Source: a virus. From it: 64,000 bases of DNA. The notes below the pieces were generated by a model, which saw only the letters and a list, made by a program, of their open reading frames with translations, made no database searches and was not told the origin of the DNA. The stretch spans positions 1 through 64,000 of IMG/VR virus record IMGVR_UViG_3300046170_000446; one strand, written 5' to 3'. The position numbers were made by a program, and so were the translations under genes. Shown here one piece after another: positions 18,770 to 29,064 of this stretch (the stretch's first letter is position 1; every line of letters starts with the position of its first letter).

Positions 18770-20149
18770 ATGAGCTTAGACACCAAATACCGCCCCTCAT
18801 CATTCAATGACGTGCTCGGTCAAGAGGGCTCAATCCGAGTCTTAAGAGAGTATGTCAAGACAGGCACAGGGTTTCATCAGTCTTACCTCTTCGCAGGCCC
18901 TTTCGGGTCAGGTAAGACCACCCTCGCCCGTATTCTTGCAAGGGCGCTCCTCTGCGATAATGTCTCCGATAAAGGCGATCCTTGTAATGTCTGCCCCTCA
19001 TGTACAGACATATTAAACAATGGCGCGAGCGCCAACTTTGTCGAGATTGACGCGGCGACTAATAGCGGTAAGCAAAACGTCAAGAACATCGTAGACCGCC
19101 TCAGCTACTCTTCTATGAATGGTAAGAAGACCCTTTACCTCTTCGATGAAGCACATAGACTCACTACAGAGGCGCTGGATGGGCTCCTAAAACCGATGGA
19201 GGACAATGACGCAGGGTCTGAGAACAAGAAACTCGTCTGTATCTTCTGCACGACTGAGCCTGAAGGGATGCGTCAGACAATCCTCTCCCGATGCGCCCCT
19301 GCTTTTATCATCAAACAGGTTGCCCCTACCAAGATCGCAGACCGTTTAGAGTATGTTTGCGGTGAGGAGAGCTTACCTTTTGAGCGAGAGGCGCTAGAGC
19401 TTATCGGAGAGGTCAGCGATTGCCATATTCGCGATGCGCTGAAAGCGGTTGAAGGTGTCTCCATGTTAGGAGAGGTCAACCTAAAGAATACTCGCGACTA
19501 CCTCCAAGTAGGGAAGCGTAATGCGCTGATTGATGTGTTACGCTATGTGGGAGAAAACCTCTCCAAATCACTTACCGCGCTTAACCTAGTCAAAGAATAC
19601 ATGAGCCCCGCGATCTGTTACGACTACTTGCTAGACCTATGTATGGAAGCAATCAAGCTGGAGCATGGTGTAGGTAAGGTCAAAGCGTTTTGGGAGAAAG
19701 ACAAAATAGAAGATCTCGTACAGGCGCGTAAAGACTATTTAGCTTTGATTATGAGCCATATCTCATCAAAGCCTTTTAAGCCTACTTTTCCTATAATTGT
19801 CTCCGATATTGTGTTTTTGCATAATCTTATAGATAATGGTACGTTGCCTCATCAAATAGTCCTCCCTGCTACCGCTACAAAGGCAGGGGAGTCTAGTAAT
19901 CCGCCTGAGCAAGCGAAAAAAACGGAGGGTGTCGATGCCGAGAGCCTACCTGTGCCTTACGTCAACAAAGACAAAGTGTTTGTTGACCCTAGAGCGGTTA
20001 GAAAGAGTGCTCCCTCTACTAACGCTAAGAAAAGCCTCGACTTCACAACAAAAGAGAGCTTGGGTGTCCAAGAGTTCCTCCGACTTGTCGGTATGCGAAT
20101 GTCGGAGGAAATGAAGACATGGACAGACGAGACAAACCAACATGGGTAG
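18770..20149 (+). CDS. dnaX: DNA polymerase III gamma/tau clamp-loader subunit
   Basis: KYRP..F.DVLGQ, GPFGSGKTTLARILA, PCNVCPSC, EIDAA, FDEAHRL, TILSRC, RDAL. Confidence 0.95.
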   Translation: MSLDTKYRPSSFNDVLGQEGSIRVLREYVKTGTGFHQSYLFAGPFGSGKTTLARILARALLCDNVSDKGDPCNVCPSCTDILNNGASANFVEIDAATNSGKQNVKNIVDRLSYSSMNGKKTLYLFDEAHRLTTEALDGLLKPMEDNDAGSENKKLVCIFCTTEPEGMRQTILSRCAPAFIIKQVAPTKIADRLEYVCGEESLPFEREALELIGEVSDCHIRDALKAVEGVSMLGEVNLKNTRDYLQVGKRNALIDVLRYVGENLSKSLTALNLVKEYMSPAICYDYLLDLCMEAIKLEHGVGKVKAFWEKDKIEDLVQARKDYLALIMSHISSKPFKPTFPIIVSDIVFLHNLIDNGTLPHQIVLPATATKAGESSNPPEQAKKTEGVDAESLPVPYVNKDKVFVDPRAVRKSAPSTNAKKSLDFTTKESLGVQEFLRLVGMRMSEEMKTWTDETNQHG

Positions 20150-20670
20150 TTGTAGAAGCCAATAACTTAGCGGAAGAAAAAATATATGACGGACGTTTCC
20201 TCTCAAGCGTCCGTAATGCGTTAAGGGTAGGGGAGGAACACGAAATCTTCACACCTTGGGAGCTGGTCAAAAACTCAAGGTCTGTAGAGCTTGTTGAGGT
20301 GATGGAGGGATATTTCTTCGTGCGCACAGGATTGCCTGAGCACGAATACTTTAACCTAGAGCGGTTAGACTTTGTTGAGAGAGTCCTATGCACACCTAGC
20401 TCATCGCGTATGCGGATCATACAGGTGATAGGCAACGATAACGTAGAGGAGCTGAAAAAAAAGCTCAAGGTCATGCTCACTTGCGACCTCCAAAAGGGAG
20501 AGCGGATCGTTGTCAGTGAAGGTAACCTGACGAACCTAGAGGGTGAGGTCTTAGAAGTCCTTAACGATGAAGAGGTGCTCATCTACTTCGAGTTTAGATC
20601 ACTCAAGCTCGTCATCACCATGCCCAAGTTTTTCCTTAAACGCGTCGAAGAGGAGGAAGAGGATGAGTAA
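20119..20670 (+). CDS. nusG: NusG family transcription factor (NGN + KOW)
   Basis: WVVV...GYFFV NGN; KOW GERIVVSEGNLTNLEGEVLEV. Confidence 0.8.
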   Translation: MDRRDKPTWVVVEANNLAEEKIYDGRFLSSVRNALRVGEEHEIFTPWELVKNSRSVELVEVMEGYFFVRTGLPEHEYFNLERLDFVERVLCTPSSSRMRIIQVIGNDNVEELKKKLKVMLTCDLQKGERIVVSEGNLTNLEGEVLEVLNDEEVLIYFEFRSLKLVITMPKFFLKRVEEEEEDE

Positions 20671-21262
20671 ATGGTCTGTAATCGGTAATGTTGACCCTCA
20701 CATATTAGCATCAAGGTACTCCAATGAAGACAGCTTCGGTACTCTTGATACACCGACAGAAGAACCTGACGAGATCTCCTTAGCCCAGTCTAGCGAGATC
20801 AAGAAAGTCCTCCACATGCTCCCCGCTCGCGAGGCTGACTTCGTAGAGCTATACTTTTTCAAACACCTCAAGCAAACAGATATCGCGATCCTCTACCGCG
20901 TATCTCAGCCCACTGTGTGTTACCGACTACAGAGGGCTGTTGAGCGCATCAAGTACCTCATCGCGATCCCTCATTTGAGCCAAGAGAAGATTAAAAAGGA
21001 CTTACAGCCCTTCCTAAAAAATCAGGTGGATATCGACATTATGGCTCTAATGTATCTCACCACCTGCCAATCTGAAACCGCTAAACTCTTGGGTGTCACA
21101 CAGGGTCTTATCAGGCATCGCTTCCTGAGGTCTATTAAGACCCTAAAGAAAGAGCCTGACGCCAAGGTCTACTACGAGCTGTTTTACAAGCTCTCTAACA
21201 ATCTCAACATTCTAAGAGAAATCCATAAGGACTCTAATAAGATTGACTTCATCATTCTTTAA
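20663..21262 (+). CDS. Sigma-70 region 4-like HTH protein with two HTH units
   Basis: LPAREADFVELYFFKHLKQTDIAILYRVSQPTVCYRLQRA; second unit CQSETAKLLGVTQGLIRHRFLR; start reassigned to ATG 20663. Confidence 0.8.
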   Translation: MSKWSVIGNVDPHILASRYSNEDSFGTLDTPTEEPDEISLAQSSEIKKVLHMLPAREADFVELYFFKHLKQTDIAILYRVSQPTVCYRLQRAVERIKYLIAIPHLSQEKIKKDLQPFLKNQVDIDIMALMYLTTCQSETAKLLGVTQGLIRHRFLRSIKTLKKEPDAKVYYELFYKLSNNLNILREIHKDSNKIDFIIL

Positions 21263-21313
21263 CGCTCCTTATTCTGCCTATTAAAGAGGTAGATATAGAT
21301 CAAAGGAGCGTTA
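21260..21313 (+). promoter_or_regulatory. Hairpin sequestering the Shine-Dalgarno (AAGGAG) of 21320
   Basis: TAACGCTCCTT (21260-21270) / AAGGAGCGTTA (21303-21313) perfect; inner TCTGCCT/AGGTAGA; AT-rich CTATTAAAG at the loop. Confidence 0.65.
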
Positions 21314-21319
21314 TATCTG

Positions 21320-21724
21320 ATGTCTGAAGCCCCTAAAAAATCCCCAAAAACTAAGAGTACGCCGAAAACTAAGAGTAAGCCGAGCCCTAAAAAGGTAGCC
21401 TCTGCTCAAAAGGCTGTGCTCAAGAAGAGAACCAAGATGGCAAGGGGGATCGCCACAAAATGGGTGCTCGCTAACGTTAGACCTGAGTTTCGGTTTACCG
21501 CTTACATTAACGGCGGAGAGACTGAGATTAGAAAGTTTTCTAATCTTATAAAAGGCTTCCGAGACGGCAACATCGGCATAAAAGGCGTTATCCACAAAAA
21601 AGAGATAGGGATCGAAGAGGGCTTTGACTCAATCACCTTTTGGGGATCTGATCTGTCTTGCATAAAGACTTTATGTGAGTGGTTTGAAAGTAAAGGTCAC
21701 GGCACGACAGGAATATGGTGGTGA
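21320..21724 (+). CDS. Hypothetical virion-associated protein (K-rich N-terminus, KVAS motif)
   Basis: KKVASAQ...KMARGIATKWVLA. Confidence 0.75.
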   Translation: MSEAPKKSPKTKSTPKTKSKPSPKKVASAQKAVLKKRTKMARGIATKWVLANVRPEFRFTAYINGGETEIRKFSNLIKGFRDGNIGIKGVIHKKEIGIEEGFDSITFWGSDLSCIKTLCEWFESKGHGTTGIWW

Positions 21725-21725
21725 T

Positions 21726-22259
21726 ATGAGCAACTTCGAGAGCTATTTAGAGAGTGGCGGGTTTTACAAAGGCGCGTCCTCTGACCCAATCTCCGAACAC
21801 CTGGGTGGCACAGTACACCGACTTACGGAACACTACCGTAAGAATAATCCCCTTAAGGGCAGTCTTAAGAGTGGCTCTAGAGTAATGATGTCCCAAAATA
21901 CAGGTACGCTACTCACCTACGACTTCCTCCCTGAACCGAACACTCAAGGCACAGTCGTTAAGGTTAGGACAAGTGAAGGAGACACAATCTCCCATGAGGG
22001 ACGCTTCTTCATTAAGTGGGATAGCGGAGAGTTGACAGCAGCGCTACCTGAGCACTTAGAGATGAGCCGTCAAAAACTCTCTTCTGCTGTTCGCATGAAC
22101 GTCCGTACCGCCTTTGACCTTCAAGACTTTATGAAGAGCTCCTCAGATAACGAGCTCGTCCATAAAGCCTCTAGAGACTTGTGGAAGATGAGTAAAGATG
22201 GAGATCAGATCATCATCGAGCGCCTGTTTGACGAAGACGGCGAACCTCTAAAGGTGTAA
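21726..22259 (+). CDS. Hypothetical protein with SH3/KOW-like core, head module
   Basis: GSRV...GTVVKV...FIKWDSG; C-terminal LVHKASRDLWKM..IIERLFD. Confidence 0.75.
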   Translation: MSNFESYLESGGFYKGASSDPISEHLGGTVHRLTEHYRKNNPLKGSLKSGSRVMMSQNTGTLLTYDFLPEPNTQGTVVKVRTSEGDTISHEGRFFIKWDSGELTAALPEHLEMSRQKLSSAVRMNVRTAFDLQDFMKSSSDNELVHKASRDLWKMSKDGDQIIIERLFDEDGEPLKV

Positions 22260-22263
22260 GAAT

Positions 22264-23652
22264 ATGGCTACTAAGTTTAATCTAAAAACTATGGAGTTCC
22301 CACAAGAAGCTCCTCTAAGGATCAATATCCCTTGGGGCGACCCGCCTAAGCCCAATGCTTTTGTCGCAGTAATGCAAAACCAAACAGCGCAAAAAGAAAA
22401 ACTCGTAGCGTATGACGTGAAGAGCCCGCTCATCGACGTTGACAACGATACCGTGTTTCTCACTTTTGAAAAGCCCCTATCAGACTACCCTACCCTGAAA
22501 ATGAAGCTAAGCTATGAAAAGGACGGCTTTTTTTATAACTATGAGAGAGCGATTTCCGATTGCACACTCACAGAGCCACAGCTCTTAGCCTACTTGAGGG
22601 TTTTTTGGGAAAAGAACAGAGAAAAGCTGAAACATACTCTAATCGCTAAGGGTGCGCGAGTTGCCTCCGACCTGAGCGAGTACCAAGTAGACCCGTTGTT
22701 CTCTAATATAAGAAATCAAGAGGTGCGAGATATGAAGGTAGCTTCTAGCGGAACAGATATTATGTGGGGTGACCCTCCTAAACCCAATGTGTGGAAGGTA
22801 GAGAAACTACCTTGGAAGCCTAACACTGGAGGGGGAGAGTATTACGTTATTAGATCACCTCTCATGGAGGGTGCGCTCCTCGCTCACTTTGATAGAGTGC
22901 AAGGCATAGATCGAGACGATATGTATGTCACCATCCGAGACGGGGAAAACTACACAGATAGAGTCATTGCGGAGGTCAAAATCCACAACGGTGTGCCACA
23001 CCTCGCTCGCATTGACAAAAACTACGGCACATGGTTAACAGAGCTGTGGCGGAGAAGCCGAACGCTCCAAGATCTGGTCAGAAGCCGACTCAAACCTAAC
23101 ATTAAGCTCGCGTCTAATCTTAGCCAATATCAGATAGACCCGCGCTTCGTTAAGCCAGCACCTAAGAAAATGACGAGGACTGCTGGTGAGGTTCGCTTCG
23201 TTAAAGATAACTCTAATGACGCAAGCTCTTGGGCTTGGGGAGACACTGGCGCGAGCGAGCGCCGTATCCCCGCTGACTTCGTGTTCAAGAAGAATGCTCA
23301 GAAAGCCCTCGCTAAAACGATGAGGTCTAGCTTATCTGCAATGGGTCATGCGCTCTCGGCTTACCACACCTTCACTAAGATTAAGAGCGCAGATGTTTCT
23401 CCTGACGGCGCTCTCGGTGGTCGTGGCTACATTCAAAAGGTCGCGCACATGAGAAGAGCTTACATGAACGTAGCTGAAGCCCTCTCCGCCCTCAGCGATA
23501 CCATTTACGATGAGATTAACGCACCTCATTGGAATGACGCTGGCACTCCGAAAGAGGTTAAAGAGATCATCGAGGAAGCGGAAGAGATTAGAGAAGACCC
23601 TGAGGCTTGGGCTGAGGAGCAGGAAAACTCCAAAGACGAAAGCGAGTCCTAA
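22264..23652 (+). CDS. Modular putative internal head polyprotein with internal duplication
   Basis: WGDPPKPN x2; RVASDLSEYQVDP / KLASNLSQYQIDP; KVAS, RTAG. Confidence 0.8.
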   Translation: MATKFNLKTMEFPQEAPLRINIPWGDPPKPNAFVAVMQNQTAQKEKLVAYDVKSPLIDVDNDTVFLTFEKPLSDYPTLKMKLSYEKDGFFYNYERAISDCTLTEPQLLAYLRVFWEKNREKLKHTLIAKGARVASDLSEYQVDPLFSNIRNQEVRDMKVASSGTDIMWGDPPKPNVWKVEKLPWKPNTGGGEYYVIRSPLMEGALLAHFDRVQGIDRDDMYVTIRDGENYTDRVIAEVKIHNGVPHLARIDKNYGTWLTELWRRSRTLQDLVRSRLKPNIKLASNLSQYQIDPRFVKPAPKKMTRTAGEVRFVKDNSNDASSWAWGDTGASERRIPADFVFKKNAQKALAKTMRSSLSAMGHALSAYHTFTKIKSADVSPDGALGGRGYIQKVAHMRRAYMNVAEALSALSDTIYDEINAPHWNDAGTPKEVKEIIEEAEEIREDPEAWAEEQENSKDESES

Positions 23653-23701
23653 TAATAAGACTATTATTAGGAAGGTTAAAACTACTTAAGGGGCGAGCAT
23701 T

Positions 23702-26155
23702 ATGAGCGACAAGAAATCAGAGTCTAACCTCCCAAATGGAGGCTATATCCTAACTGACGGTAGCAACTACGGGCTAGATGGCTTTCAGTTTGACACCGAA
23801 TACGGCGGAGGTGTCCTTGAGAAGGCTCGCCTACCCGAAGCCCACGGACTCAGTAGCTTACCCGAAGGTATCTTCCGTGAAGAAAATCAAATCGGACTCA
23901 GTGATCTCCCCGTAGGGATCGAGCAAGAGGAGGGTGTAGGCGATCTTGGAAGCTACCTCAAAGAGGCTTCCGCGACACTCAGCGACCTCAATTGGTTAGA
24001 GGGTGTTCAACAAGACCCTGAGCGCCTACCCATTAATAATCCTCATGAGATCATCAAAGAGCTAGAAGAGGCTTGGGGAGTCCATAATCGCACCAACGGG
24101 AAAGAGCTTGTTCCTAATAAAGTCGTGCGCCCTTATGAGAGAGACGTTTACCCTGAGTCTAAGCTACCTGGCTATGATGAGCGTAGAGCATATGCTCAGC
24201 TCGCAATGGAGAAAGCTCTCCGTGAACAGTTGCTAGGACATAGCGAAGAAAAGATCATCGCGAAGCTCGAAAAGGTCTTAAGCGGTGGAGAGCTTGCAGA
24301 GGCGCGGAGAACTCTCTTAGAAGATAAAGGGCTCGTCGGTAATGTTTACCTAAGAGCAAAAGCCTTTCCAGGTCTGCATAGGACTTCAAAGTGGGATAGT
24401 CTCATCCCTAAACTCAAGAGAGCTCAGTACATTCTTACAGACGACCCTAAACTCTTAGAGGTCGGTCGGGCTTATGGTAAGAAGATCGTCGCGTCTATCC
24501 CTTGGGGAGAGGCTTTCAAAGCCTACGCGCCTCGCCTTAATATTAAGCTCAACAGGAAGCTCGCTAGCTCTAACAAGAGGGAAGCTCTCCGTGAGGCATT
24601 TTTAGCACAAGAAAACATCCATGTGCGCGAGTCTCACCTACCCGTACAAGCAGACCCCTCGAATTCTATAAGTTTGAAGACCGCTAAGTCTAATCTTAGA
24701 GTGGCGGAGGTACATCAAGAGGTTTTCCGTAAGCTCTCCGCTGAGGAACAGCTCCGTACTAAGGTAGACGCTCAAATCTCTAAGTGGGCTTCGCAGGGGC
24801 TCTTAGACGAGCGGGCTCAAAAGAGACTCGCGAAAGGAAACGCAGACGCAAAAGAGACTCTGCGCGTTGCCGCTTCTCTTGTACAACTCAAAGTCGCTAA
24901 GTCTGCTCGCTTCCGTAAATACGCAGGTGAGGGTGTCAACTATCAGCCTCTTAATATTAGAGAGGCTTCACAGGCTTGGGAAGCTCTAGAGCAGTTTGAG
25001 GCACAGGCTGAAGACAAGATGCTCCGCCAAGCAAAAGAGTTTGTCGATGAGCTTGTAGACACAGGGATGATCAAAGGCTCTCAAGGCCGTAAGATACTCG
25101 CCTCTGACCTCAACGGCAAAGATCGACTCAAGGTAGCCAGCGCAGTGCTCGCTAAGAATATGGCGAGAGCGGATCAGAGAGTCGCTAAGATTAAGGTCGC
25201 TAACTATGATGGACTTGGTAATGAAGTTACTGAGCACATCTCTAAGATTAAGACTCACACTGAAAGCGATCTCGCAAGCCTTGAAGACCAGCGCGTAAAG
25301 CTCGCACAGCTTCAAGCTCTCGACGGAGATAACCAAGCCTTGATCACTAAACAGGCTTCTGAGTATCTTGAGCGAGCGCGGAAGAGCGGGCTCGTCAACA
25401 AGTCTCAATACAAGAAGTTAGCTTCTCTTGATGCCTCTCCTGAGCGTAAGATTAGCCTGATTACTGCTGTAATCGAGCATAGCACCCGCACTAAGGTTGC
25501 GAGTAGCACACCTGTCGCAGAGAAGAAAACCTATGAGGGTGTCGCCTTTACTGCCCACGTCAGTGAAAAGGTAGAGAAGGTAGCCTCTCAGAAAGAGCTG
25601 TCTGCGGTCAACAACTGGGTATCCCGTCAGATGAACGAGGGCGCTATCGGTAATGAGCTAGATCAGCTCATCCACGCTAAGTTTAGCGACCAAATGATTA
25701 AGCAAGCCTCTGAGCAGATTGACTCACTCCGTAAAGCACATGAAGGGCTTGCAGGAGTTGTCTACGTAGACGCTAAAGCGTATGCCTCTAAAGACGGCAC
25801 TACGGGTTGTGATGAGGGCGCTCTGCGCCATAGGGCTAACCCGATCAAGTTTCTTCTCAAGATGGATAAGTGCAAAGGCTGTGTATTCGCTAATGCCGAT
25901 GGTGTCTGTCAGAAGTACAATAAGACTCTCGTTAAGGATGTTCCTGTAGAGGACAGAGAAGGCTATCAGCGCGAGAGCATAAGATTAGCCAATGCTCCTG
26001 ACCATGAGATCACCGCATCTCTGTTCGGAAACAGCTATGACCCTAACGAGTTTAATCTAGCTAACAGTGACTTTGATAGCATCGGTTATAACTCTGAGAA
26101 GAAAGCTCAAGACAAGCTCTCTGAGGTGTTATTCGGAGGCTTTGAGATTGACTGA
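23702..26155 (+). CDS. Large helical repeat protein, putative head core/inner protein
   Basis: 817 aa, many KxAS motifs, repeated helical units, C-terminal CKGCVF...GVCQKY. Confidence 0.8.
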   Translation: MSDKKSESNLPNGGYILTDGSNYGLDGFQFDTEYGGGVLEKARLPEAHGLSSLPEGIFREENQIGLSDLPVGIEQEEGVGDLGSYLKEASATLSDLNWLEGVQQDPERLPINNPHEIIKELEEAWGVHNRTNGKELVPNKVVRPYERDVYPESKLPGYDERRAYAQLAMEKALREQLLGHSEEKIIAKLEKVLSGGELAEARRTLLEDKGLVGNVYLRAKAFPGLHRTSKWDSLIPKLKRAQYILTDDPKLLEVGRAYGKKIVASIPWGEAFKAYAPRLNIKLNRKLASSNKREALREAFLAQENIHVRESHLPVQADPSNSISLKTAKSNLRVAEVHQEVFRKLSAEEQLRTKVDAQISKWASQGLLDERAQKRLAKGNADAKETLRVAASLVQLKVAKSARFRKYAGEGVNYQPLNIREASQAWEALEQFEAQAEDKMLRQAKEFVDELVDTGMIKGSQGRKILASDLNGKDRLKVASAVLAKNMARADQRVAKIKVANYDGLGNEVTEHISKIKTHTESDLASLEDQRVKLAQLQALDGDNQALITKQASEYLERARKSGLVNKSQYKKLASLDASPERKISLITAVIEHSTRTKVASSTPVAEKKTYEGVAFTAHVSEKVEKVASQKELSAVNNWVSRQMNEGAIGNELDQLIHAKFSDQMIKQASEQIDSLRKAHEGLAGVVYVDAKAYASKDGTTGCDEGALRHRANPIKFLLKMDKCKGCVFANADGVCQKYNKTLVKDVPVEDREGYQRESIRLANAPDHEITASLFGNSYDPNEFNLANSDFDSIGYNSEKKAQDKLSEVLFGGFEID

Positions 26156-26735
26156 GGTTACCCTCGACTTAAGCTCTTTTAAGAGGAGGTTGAGTCGCTC
26201 TGTGATCGAGCTCTACAGCAAGAGCCTTGAGGTGATTGAGTCAGGCTTACGTAGAGCTCGATCTGCGGAGGGTGCTCTTGATGCGATAGAGGACACTTTA
26301 GGGGTAGAGGTTTGCCAGCTCATCAAAGAGGGTAAGCTCGCCACTGTATTAGAGCAGACTAAGATTAGTGAGCTAGCTCAGGTGCTCCCTGAGATTAACT
26401 ACATCCACTGCGCACGTTACAAGAGCACAGACAACCTGCTTGAGGAGTTTCTGTCGGAAGCGGAAGAAACGGTAGGGAGTCTGTGTAAGCAGGTGATGAA
26501 GTCTTTCGCCAAGTTTGAGCGCGACAGACTAATGTTAGAGTTAGACAGTAGAGGATTAAAAGGTGAGTTTATTGCCTCACCTCTATTCGACACCCAGCTT
26601 AACAAGATACCGTCTGCTTATGTGGTAAAAGACGTGAACGGATATGTATTCTTTACGTTCGACTGTCAGACTTCCTACGCCATTGAAGACCTTACGTTTT
26701 TGTGGGCTAACCTAAACTTGTCTACACTGAGATAA
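26148..26735 (+). CDS. Hypothetical protein
   Basis: TTG start at 26148 with GGAGG RBS. Confidence 0.7.
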   Translation: MTEVTLDLSSFKRRLSRSVIELYSKSLEVIESGLRRARSAEGALDAIEDTLGVEVCQLIKEGKLATVLEQTKISELAQVLPEINYIHCARYKSTDNLLEEFLSEAEETVGSLCKQVMKSFAKFERDRLMLELDSRGLKGEFIASPLFDTQLNKIPSAYVVKDVNGYVFFTFDCQTSYAIEDLTFLWANLNLSTLR

Positions 26736-26808
26736 GGCTATATTTATCCTCCTATAAGTCACTAGTGGTTAAAAGATAGTAACCCTAGTTTATATGTGAG
26801 GTGGAGCC

Positions 26809-29064
26809 TTGTTATCTGTCAGCATTGAGAATTGGTCTAAGATATTTAAAGAGATCAGCCAAGGCGATATTAGCGTATCTGTGTCTGAGCTCCCTAATGC
26901 GATCCAGCAGGTAGTACATAGCGAGTTTGGCGATATAGACAGCCTGAGCTACGGGACGTGGTTAGAGATTTTCGCCCGTCTCGACACTGATAAGACAGGA
27001 GTCCTGGACATCTCAGGCTTCAGCAAGTTTGCGGCTAAGAAGAAGAATAATAAGTCTAAAGGTGGCGAGACTGTAACAGTCGAGTCAGGAGTGAAGTCAT
27101 TAGGTCATCTCACCAAAGATGACAAAGAGCACATGAAAAAGCGATTGGAGGAGGGGGCTTCTAAAGGAGATGTCAGGAAAGAGATCGCAGAGAAACGTAA
27201 AGAGCGCAAAGACAAGAAGAAAGAAAAGTCTAAAGAGACGAGAGGCAATTTTGATGACGAGGGGGAAGGTGTAGTACAAGACGGGGGCGACGACAAAGAT
27301 GACTACAAAACGAAGGGGAAAACCGACAAAGGTAACCCCTTCGGAGGCATTATAAACTTTGTCATCACAGAGCTCTTTGAGAAGATTTCAGGGGACAGGA
27401 CAGTTGATAGCCCTTTCCGAAAAAACATGAATGTCACTTATACCACTGTCTTAAACAACTACACCCCGAAAAAACTAGACGCACAAGAAGTAGGACTTAA
27501 AAAAGCAGAGGTGGAGGCTCTTAAAAAGAAGGAGTCCTTAGAGACAGAGGAAGAGAAGAAAAAGTATCAGAAATACGTCAGTAGAGCAAAAAATCAACTT
27601 GACGCTTTCACAAGAGGCAGATCCAAAGCAGAGGCTCACCTAAAGAAGGTCTTGAGGGCAAGACAGCGGTTTTACACCAAGATGAAAAACAACGATAGAG
27701 TCAAGGCGATTGCAGAACGCTACGCTCAAAACTATGTATCAAAAAAGTCTGAGACAGCTAAAAGAAATCGAGATGCCTTAAAACGAGAACAAACAGGGCG
27801 TACAGATACCAAATTCCTGAAACGTCTTATCAAAGCAGAGATGGACGGCAATGACATTAGTGACATGAAGCCGACCTTTAATGAAGAAAGCGGCTCGAAG
27901 AAGAAGGCTTCTGCTGACCTCACGCACGCGCACGCGCAGGCACTCGTAGACTTATACAGCTTCAAGGTAAGATTAGCGAAGCTCAGAGGCGAGCCGACTC
28001 AACAGCACCTCAATGCGCTCACCTTAGCTAAAGCGGCTAAGAGGCTCATGCGTAAACGTGCTAAAGACGACGAAACAATGTCTAATAATCTAGCCCAAAG
28101 AAACGAGACTTACGGAGAAGCAGGGATAAATTTTTCTTATGCCGTAGGGTCTAAACCAAGCATACTAAAAGAACAATCGACCAACGTTGTAAGACTAATA
28201 ACAAGAAGAGCGGAGAGCGCAGACAAAGACGCTCTGGAAGCAGTTCGTGAATGGAAAAAAGGATTAGAGGACTTCGGTCTAAAAAACAATAGAGGCGAGT
28301 GGGAATACGACAGCGACTTTTGGGACAAAGACAGCAATGGAGACTACACTGTAAAAGAAGACCGTTTAAACGAAGATGGTACAGTAAACCGTGATTGGGA
28401 TAAGGCTCAAGAGGAAGAGGAGGAGTCTCAAGATGAAGAAGAGACTCAAGAGGACGAGAAGCCTAAGCGCACTAAGCAAGAGGGCTACAAAACTCTTATG
28501 AAGAGGTTCACTAACTTCTTCTTGGACGCGGTGCTTGAGGAATTCGGCCCGAAAGACTCACGGTACGAGTCACCTTTCAGAATTGGTGCAAAGCTGACGT
28601 TTGAGTCTTTAAAAACCTACAGCACTGATAGGTATTGGGAAAAAGAGCTAGAGAACACAAAGAAGCGTCATAAGGAGTTAGAAGCTCAAGATAAAAAGCC
28701 AAGGAAGGAGCTCAACATTATCGAGGGAGAATATGAGACAAAGAAAGGTAAAGCTAAAGAGCTTTACGAGTTAGCTCTTAAAGACCTCGGTAAAGCTAGA
28801 GAGAAATACGCCAAAAACGCGAGAAAAGTTTACGATCTCGCTCAAGATAAGATGGATCTCAAAGGCCAAGACGAGAACGACAGAGGCTGGACTTGTGCTG
28901 GACTCGTAGCAGGTATCCAAAACAAGTATGGCGATGCGAAGGATAAGAAAGCTCAGACCATTAACGAAGAGCTAAGTCTTAATCTTAAGTCTAAGAAGAA
29001 AGATGGGGATAAGGGCGAGGGTGGAGACACATCTAAGAGCACCAAGAGCACCAAGAGCACCTGA
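26809..29064 (+). CDS. Large highly charged protein, putative internal/ejected virion protein; may extend to 29122
   Basis: 751 aa K/E/D-rich; EF-hand-like DTDKTGVLDISGF; KKAS; internal duplication SPFRKN/SPFRIG; the +1 frame after ACC-TGA encodes ESKS(KG)6KSK-stop. Confidence 0.8.
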   Translation: MLSVSIENWSKIFKEISQGDISVSVSELPNAIQQVVHSEFGDIDSLSYGTWLEIFARLDTDKTGVLDISGFSKFAAKKKNNKSKGGETVTVESGVKSLGHLTKDDKEHMKKRLEEGASKGDVRKEIAEKRKERKDKKKEKSKETRGNFDDEGEGVVQDGGDDKDDYKTKGKTDKGNPFGGIINFVITELFEKISGDRTVDSPFRKNMNVTYTTVLNNYTPKKLDAQEVGLKKAEVEALKKKESLETEEEKKKYQKYVSRAKNQLDAFTRGRSKAEAHLKKVLRARQRFYTKMKNNDRVKAIAERYAQNYVSKKSETAKRNRDALKREQTGRTDTKFLKRLIKAEMDGNDISDMKPTFNEESGSKKKASADLTHAHAQALVDLYSFKVRLAKLRGEPTQQHLNALTLAKAAKRLMRKRAKDDETMSNNLAQRNETYGEAGINFSYAVGSKPSILKEQSTNVVRLITRRAESADKDALEAVREWKKGLEDFGLKNNRGEWEYDSDFWDKDSNGDYTVKEDRLNEDGTVNRDWDKAQEEEEESQDEEETQEDEKPKRTKQEGYKTLMKRFTNFFLDAVLEEFGPKDSRYESPFRIGAKLTFESLKTYSTDRYWEKELENTKKRHKELEAQDKKPRKELNIIEGEYETKKGKAKELYELALKDLGKAREKYAKNARKVYDLAQDKMDLKGQDENDRGWTCAGLVAGIQNKYGDAKDKKAQTINEELSLNLKSKKKDGDKGEGGDTSKSTKSTKST

